Shown in pieces: positions 58,667-64,000 of a DNA stretch of 64,000 nt. The stretch spans positions 124,001 to 188,000 of the forward strand of contig CDROCS010003797.1 in the NCBI GenBank assembly GCA_977020255.1. The letters are read 5' to 3'. Position 1 is the stretch's first letter. Every line of letters begins with the position of its first letter. The position numbers and the translations under genes were made by a program. The stretch is from Obrimoposthia wandeli. Taxonomy: Eukaryota. The notes beneath the pieces were generated by a model. That model made no database searches. It saw nothing but the letters and a program-made list of their open reading frames with translations, and was not told the DNA's origin.

Positions 58667-60476
58667 AAAAATGACCTTGCCCACCTTTAAGGCCGAGCTG
58701 GACTAAAAGGCGCCATTCACTTTCTTTTTCAACACCGAGCGCATAAATAGCAATATTTTTTGGCGCGGCTAAGGTTTTCAAGCTTTGAATAAAAACTTGG
58801 TTTTCAGTTTTTTTATCAATATCGATGACAATACTGCTGTGCAATTTCATCGCATATATGGGATAAATATTAAGGTAGTGAGCACTAACCACATATTGTC
58901 CAACTTTATCTGCGACAATTCTTATACCCGCGGCACTTAAACTAGCGATAACAGGTGGTAACTCTTTGAGATGGTTAACGAGTTGATATTCGCTCACTTC
59001 CATCATTAATCGACCCGCGATCTCAGGAAATTTATGCAAAATTGCTAAAAACTGCTCACTAAAACCATTTGATAATAGTGAGTCGATCGCCACATTGATA
59101 CTGCAAGCATCATGTGATTTCTTCTCTTGGGCTAGCACTCGACAAATTTTTTCTAGGATCAATAAATCCATTTTAACGGTCAAACCACATTTTTTCGCCA
59201 TAGGTAAAAAAACTCGAGCGCTGATCAGGTTACCCTTTTTATCACGAACTTTTGACAACACTTCATGATGTAACACCTTGGTATTATCACAAGCAATAAT
59301 CGGTTGAAAGAAAATAACAAAACCGTTATTTTCTATTGCTGAACTGAGTAATGTACGCCATTTTAACGAACCTTGTGCCTTTACCTCTTCTAACTCACCA
59401 GCTTCAAACATAAACCACTGGGAAGGTCCTTGTAGCTGCGCTGAACGTAATGCCATGTCAGCTTCTGACATGATTTGATACGGGGCTTGCTCATGGCTAA
59501 AATAGCTTATGCCGATGTGAATAAATTCTTCGCTATTAACCCCAATGGGCGTTACCACCGATTGCAAGTTTTTCAATAAGCGATCGGCAAACTTCTTAAC
59601 CTCAGGGATGTAAACACCCGGTAATAACAACGATAATTCATAATCACTGTGACGAGCAAGAAAGTAGCTTGGATGGTCTTCTAACCTTTGCTGCGTCACT
59701 TGAATAAGCGTAGATAAAAGTGACATAGCTTGCTGATAGCCATACAAACTCTGCACGACTTCAATTTCTTTAAACTGAATGAGCAGCACCGCGCCTTGCG
59801 CATCCTCTCCTTTTATAAAAGCTTGTAAACGATTATCGAAGAAAGCACGATTGCCAATATGTGTTTCTTGATCAAGCAAAGCGCTAGATCGAATACTTTG
59901 ATCAGAGGAAATATCGCTAGCTACGTTTTCATTAATACGTTGTTGCAGTTGATGGATAGCTAAAATAATACTATCGGTTTCAGTAGAGACATTATCCATA
60001 GGAACTGCTTGAGTAGTTCCCTGAGTTAGCGATAGATTGGCCCAACTTTCTAGTTTTTGCCATGATTTAAGCAAAGCGGAAAGTTGTCGTTGCATATATT
60101 CACGTAATGCTAATACGGTGAATAACAGCACAAATGTAAAAACCAAAAATAATGGTGAAGTAAACACAAGATAAAGTGGCTGTGGAAAGTTTAAAGACCA
60201 GCGACTATCCGTAATGGTTAACTGTCTTGAGTACTCTTCATCAACGATATCTGAGCGAACTAAATGCCCGCTTGAAAGCATCGGCATATTGGCATAATTT
60301 TCCAGTTGCTGATCATTGAAGTTTAGGGCCTCTATGGCATGATATTGATTATTCTGTACTTGATATACCGCCAAAGTAGAAAACGTACAAACTAGAAAAT
60401 AAAACAACACAAACGTCATAAGTAAGACTTTCGCTTTGGCTTGTTGTATAGGTTTAATCTTTGACAGCATAGGCAT
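58620..60476 (-). CDS. csrD: CsrD/MshH, degenerate GGDEF-EAL RNase E specificity factor
   Basis: Two TM segments, RHSDYE in place of GGDEF, HEVL in place of EAL, ADKVGQY in place of DDFGTGY; position next to the msh locus. Confidence 0.82.
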   Translation of the reverse strand: MPMLSKIKPIQQAKAKVLLMTFVLFYFLVCTFSTLAVYQVQNNQYHAIEALNFNDQQLENYANMPMLSSGHLVRSDIVDEEYSRQLTITDSRWSLNFPQPLYLVFTSPLFLVFTFVLLFTVLALREYMQRQLSALLKSWQKLESWANLSLTQGTTQAVPMDNVSTETDSIILAIHQLQQRINENVASDISSDQSIRSSALLDQETHIGNRAFFDNRLQAFIKGEDAQGAVLLIQFKEIEVVQSLYGYQQAMSLLSTLIQVTQQRLEDHPSYFLARHSDYELSLLLPGVYIPEVKKFADRLLKNLQSVVTPIGVNSEEFIHIGISYFSHEQAPYQIMSEADMALRSAQLQGPSQWFMFEAGELEEVKAQGSLKWRTLLSSAIENNGFVIFFQPIIACDNTKVLHHEVLSKVRDKKGNLISARVFLPMAKKCGLTVKMDLLILEKICRVLAQEKKSHDACSINVAIDSLLSNGFSEQFLAILHKFPEIAGRLMMEVSEYQLVNHLKELPPVIASLSAAGIRIVADKVGQYVVSAHYLNIYPIYAMKLHSSIVIDIDKKTENQVFIQSLKTLAAPKNIAIYALGVEKESEWRLLVQLGLKGGQGHFFTEPVEQVAKAIQLG

Positions 60477-60733
60477 TCCATCGCTGAACAGCGCTGTGCG
60501 CAGTTATCATTTAACACGTCCTTTCAAAAGTAATATGGCTATTATGTCGATATTTGGTTTGCATCAAATTGTAGACGATAAACACCTTAAAATATTTTTA
60601 ATTACAGTAAACTGGGTAAATAACCTGAACGATGATCTGAAATTGACATGGGTCCAGCTAACGACTTAACGTTTAGATAATAAGCGCTTGAACATCAGCC
60701 TCAGTATGTATTGTCATACAAACTAACAGGCAT

Positions 60734-60770
60734 AAAAAAACCTTGAATTCATTGCTGAACTCAAGGTTTT
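60734..60770 (-). terminator. Terminator of the rpsF-priB-rpsR-rplI operon
   Basis: Minus strand AAAACCTTGAGTTCA-gcaa-TGAATTCAAGGTTTT followed by TTT. Confidence 0.88.
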
Positions 60771-60793
60771 CAATAGACGATTGCTACTAGCTA

Positions 60794-61246
60794 TTAAGCT
60801 TGTGCAATAACAACAACTTTAACCGTTGCGTCTACATCGTTGTGCACGTGAATTACGATATCGAATTCACCTGTTTCACGAATGCTACCTAAAGGTAAAC
60901 GTACTTCAGCTTTAACAACTTCAACGCCAGCTTCAGTGATTGCATCAGCAATATCACGAGTACCAATTGAACCGAATAATTTACCTTCGTCACCAGCTTT
61001 AGAAGCGATAGTGATTTCAGCCAATTCAGTTAATTTAGCAGCACGAACTTCTGCAGCAGTTAGTTGCTCAGCAAGTTTTTTCTCTAAATCAGCGCGACGA
61101 GCTTCAAAGTGCTCAACGTTTGCTTTAGAGGCAAAAACAGCTTTACCTTTTGGTAATAAAAAGTTACGAGCGTAACCAGATTTAACTGTTACCTTGTCAC
61201 CAAGGCCGCCTAATTTGGCGATTTTATCAAGAAGTATTACTTCCAT
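60794..61246 (-). CDS. rplI: 50S ribosomal protein L9 (ATG at 61246 preferred)
   Basis: [39 protein letters not shown]. Confidence 0.98.
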   Translation of the reverse strand: MEVILLDKIAKLGGLGDKVTVKSGYARNFLLPKGKAVFASKANVEHFEARRADLEKKLAEQLTAAEVRAAKLTELAEITIASKAGDEGKLFGSIGTRDIADAITEAGVEVVKAEVRLPLGSIRETGEFDIVIHVHNDVDATVKVVVIAQA

Positions 61247-61266
61247 TTTCAAAACCCCTTATTAGG

Positions 61267-61494
61267 TTACTTATGTAAATCAGTATATGGTAATAACGCT
61301 AAGTAACGAGCACGCTTGATCGCACGACCAAGTTGACGTTGATATTTAGCATTTGTACCTGTAATACGGCTAGGAACAATTTTACCACTTTCAGTGATAT
61401 AGTTTTTTAGTACAGCTGTATCTTTATAATCGATTGCAGCAGCACCTTCCGCTGAAAAGCGGCAGAACTTGCGACGTCTAAAAAAACGAGACAT
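61267..61494 (-). CDS. rpsR: 30S ribosomal protein S18
   Basis: [41 protein letters not shown]. Confidence 0.99.
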   Translation of the reverse strand: MSRFFRRRKFCRFSAEGAAAIDYKDTAVLKNYITESGKIVPSRITGTNAKYQRQLGRAIKRARYLALLPYTDLHK

Positions 61495-61558
61495 GGATTT
61501 CTCCTAAAATGGCTTACTTATTAAGGTGAAAAGCACCATTAAAAATGTAAAGCCTAAA

Positions 61559-61891
61559 TTAAATCATTTCAATTTGTTGGGCATGTAACACTAAAAGCGG
61601 ATTTCCGTTTCTAGATTCATGACGGTTTATAAAACCAGTCACTTTAACATTACAGCCTTCAATTAAATCACGAGTTAAGTGTTGTGACACTTTGCCGGTT
61701 GCAACAACTTGTATCCGAACAAACGCTTGTCGGTTCATGCCTGCTTCATTTTGAATAGACTTATGGTCCATTGAAAACTGACAGTGCTGAATACCCGCTG
61801 GGCTAGTTGACGTTTTAGGTGGCTTTACCACATGTCCGGTCAATACTAAGCAATTCTCTTGGCTATTATTCATAGAAAGAGAGTCGGTCAC
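61559..61891 (-). CDS. priB: Primosomal protein PriB (alternative start 61873)
   Basis: NCLVLTG, SPAGIQHCQF, Q-E-AG-R, LHAQQIE; between rpsF and rpsR. Confidence 0.92.
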   Translation of the reverse strand: MTDSLSMNNSQENCLVLTGHVVKPPKTSTSPAGIQHCQFSMDHKSIQNEAGMNRQAFVRIQVVATGKVSQHLTRDLIEGCNVKVTGFINRHESRNGNPLLVLHAQQIEMI

Positions 61892-61898
61892 AGGTTAC

Positions 61899-62345
61899 TT
61901 ATTCTTCGCTCGCAGCTTCTTCTGCTTTTGGTGCTTCGGCAGCTGGTGCTTCAACATCTGATGCTTCAGTAGCTGGTGCTTCAGTAACCTCTTTCTTCAC
62001 TTCGCGACGCTCATCACGACGGTCTTCTTTAGCAACAGCCATAGCTGAAGCTTCAGTAACCGCGTCTTTAGTGCGCATAATCATGTTACGAATAACAACA
62101 TCGTTATAACGGAAAGAAGTTTCTAATTCATCAATAACTGCTTGTGGCGCTTCAATGTTAATTAAAACATAGTGTGCTTTGTGCAATTTATTGATTGGGT
62201 AAGCTAATTGGCGACGGCCCCAGTCTTCAAGACGGTGGATTTTGCCTTCAGCAGTAGTGACGATGTCACTATAACGCTGAATCATAGCTGGTACTTGTTC
62301 ACTCTGATCAGGGTGAACCATAAATACGATTTCGTAATGACGCAT
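61899..62345 (-). CDS. rpsF: 30S ribosomal protein S6
   Basis: [40 protein letters not shown]; acidic tail. Confidence 0.99.
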   Translation of the reverse strand: MRHYEIVFMVHPDQSEQVPAMIQRYSDIVTTAEGKIHRLEDWGRRQLAYPINKLHKAHYVLINIEAPQAVIDELETSFRYNDVVIRNMIMRTKDAVTEASAMAVAKEDRRDERREVKKEVTEAPATEASDVEAPAAEAPKAEEAASEE

Positions 62346-62408
62346 TACGAGCTCCTTACGGTTGTAGCCTCATTGTCTGGCTCAGCCAACACCAGTTGAG
62401 GCAAGGAA
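62346..62408 (-). promoter_or_regulatory. S6:S18 autoregulatory mRNA leader
   Basis: Minus strand TTCCTT-GCCTC...GAGGC-tacaa-CCG-TAAGGAG: inner GCCTC/GAGGC stem, CCG bulge, and TCCTT able to pair with the SD. Confidence 0.75.
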
Positions 62409-62437
62409 CAAAAGTTCAGGCTGAATTAAGGACGCGT

Positions 62438-62466
62438 ATTGTAGGGAAAATGAGCAGCAAAGGCAA
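62438..62466 (-). promoter_or_regulatory. Sigma70 promoter of the rpsF operon
   Basis: Minus strand TTGCCT-N17-TACAAT just upstream of the leader. Confidence 0.65.
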
Positions 62467-62526
62467 GCACTAGTTTTAACCGCAAAGTGGATACTTAAAG
62501 CGAGCTGAATAAATCTCGGTAAAAAC

Positions 62527-62556
62527 AAAAATAGCCACCTAAGTGACTATTTTTTT
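62527..62556 (-). terminator. Terminator after the DUF945 gene
   Basis: Minus strand AAAAATAGTCAC-ttag-GTGGCTATTTTT. Confidence 0.7.
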
Positions 62557-62613
62557 GATAAATTTAACTAAACCGAAATTTATCTATTTTCGAATTAAAG
62601 TGCCACCTCAAAA

Positions 62614-63912
62614 CTACAAAGCAATAGCTTGACCATTAACCATTAATTGACCTTGAACAAACTGAGCAACAAAAGACAGTTCAGCCTCTTTTTTAATGAT
62701 AAAACCTTGCTCAATGTACATGTTTATCATACCTTCAAGGCCCATTTTTTGAAAAAATGCTAGCGGTGCAACGCCCTTAGCATCGGCTTTTAGTGCGGCA
62801 ATAATGCTCATTGGATTCGCTTGGTCATAGCGAGTGTGATCAACAATGAGTTGTAAATCAGATTTAATAGCACCTTCAGGTGTTAAGACACTAAAATCAT
62901 TGATAGTAAACTCAGGGTCTTTTGCTAAAAGTTTTACAGCAACAGTCATTAATTGTTGATTATAATGTTCAAAATTTTCAGGATCTTGTTGCATTTTCGT
63001 CGCCCAATCATTTATTTCCATCAACACTTTTGGATCTAAGCGATTAAAAGAAAGGTCTAAATTCAGTTTTTCAAGCGCTTGACCTGCGCCTGTAAAACGC
63101 TCAGCACCATACTTGACACCAATATTCATTAATTCGTCTTTAAGTTGACTGTCGGCAGACAAGGTTAAATTTTTAATACTCAACAACTCATTGCCTTGAT
63201 TATCTTGGGCAGAAATACTTTTCATCAACATAGAAAAGTCACCTATTGATAGGCCGTTACCGCTATAAATATCACCGTCAATAATTTCTTGAGAAAAGGT
63301 TGATTCTAGTGGCGACAATTGAACATTTGCTTCTGGTCCTTTAAAATCCAGACCTGACCAATTTAAGTAGCCAGTGATATACTTTTCATCTTCTAGCGTA
63401 AATTCGCTGTCTAAAGCGCCGATATCAATAGTGTTGCCATCTTCTTCAAATGTCGTCGCCGCCATCATCACTTTTGTCGTGTAATTTAAGCCATAACTTA
63501 TGATTGATGAAATAGTGAGTTTTTCATTCAACTGATTAGTGAACTCAATAATATCGAGTTGTGCTTCTTGATCTAAGCTTGAGACATCAAAGTCCAAATC
63601 GGCATTTGAGTGTGCCAAGGCAAAATTAACACTATTATCGGCAAAAATAACAGGACCAAACGTCAGCTGTTCATTAACAACGATATGAAAGTTTTCTATT
63701 TCAGCAGAAACGCCTTTAATCTTCATTTTGGTAACAGACTGGCCAGAAAACCAATCTCTTGTGAAGCTACGTTCAATAATTTCAACTGATGGATGGTCGA
63801 CAAAACGACTAGCGATATCATCATATTTTTTTTCAACAATACTACCAATAACTTTTGGGCCAACTAAACCAACACAGACAATAGCGCCAAGGGCTACAAC
63901 AACTTTTTTCAT
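62614..63912 (-). CDS. YdgA/DUF945 family protein
   Basis: MKKVVVALG...GPKVIG start, FTRDWFSG, LTFGP, C-terminal GQLMVNG. Confidence 0.85.
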   Translation of the reverse strand: MKKVVVALGAIVCVGLVGPKVIGSIVEKKYDDIASRFVDHPSVEIIERSFTRDWFSGQSVTKMKIKGVSAEIENFHIVVNEQLTFGPVIFADNSVNFALAHSNADLDFDVSSLDQEAQLDIIEFTNQLNEKLTISSIISYGLNYTTKVMMAATTFEEDGNTIDIGALDSEFTLEDEKYITGYLNWSGLDFKGPEANVQLSPLESTFSQEIIDGDIYSGNGLSIGDFSMLMKSISAQDNQGNELLSIKNLTLSADSQLKDELMNIGVKYGAERFTGAGQALEKLNLDLSFNRLDPKVLMEINDWATKMQQDPENFEHYNQQLMTVAVKLLAKDPEFTINDFSVLTPEGAIKSDLQLIVDHTRYDQANPMSIIAALKADAKGVAPLAFFQKMGLEGMINMYIEQGFIIKKEAELSFVAQFVQGQLMVNGQAIAL

Positions 63913-64000
63913 TTTATTTTCCTATATTCCTTTAAATACCACTTCCGTATTAACTTAATAAAACAACGTGATACATCTATTTTTAATGAACTAATGAACT

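Noticed and set aside
58620-60476. Active c-di-GMP cyclase/phosphodiesterase or a pseudogene
   Set aside because: Both domains are degenerate in the way expected for CsrD/MshH, and the ORF is intact.

Overview
AT-rich chromosomal window from a marine gammaproteobacterium (Alteromonadales; gene content and repeat style suggest Colwelliaceae, which is inference). It is mostly core genome. Left to right: partial mdh, argR, a DyP peroxidase, glnK-amtB with a sigma54 promoter and two NtrC boxes, two stand-alone HDOD proteins, DUF2797 divergent from a GIY-YIG nuclease, a signal-peptide-bearing ATP-dependent DNA ligase, LysE, a SAM methyltransferase, an NSS transporter, an M28 peptidase, a GAF-GAF-GGDEF-EAL protein, a 2OG-Fe(II) oxygenase, an RND pump pair, TerB-like and CvfB genes, the conserved mreBCD-maf-rng-yhdP-nitrilase-tldD block, a complete MSHA type IVa pilus locus (mshI to mshQ) with csrD/mshH, the rpsF-priB-rpsR-rplI operon, and a DUF945 gene. 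I found no rRNA, tRNA, CRISPR array, transposase, integrase or prophage gene. Best second-look candidates: (1) a 359-bp mshP-mshQ spacer containing an RBS, an 8-codon CxxC micro-ORF and an intrinsic terminator directly upstream of the large mshQ adhesin gene; (2) a 506-bp nested repeat element with 24-bp terminal inverted repeats and REP-like hairpin units, plus related fragments elsewhere in the window; (3) a GIY-YIG-like motif in DUF2797, facing a canonical GIY-YIG gene; (4) the exported-type DNA ligase divergently paired with a very basic secreted protein. All motif alignments were done by eye; no database search was run.
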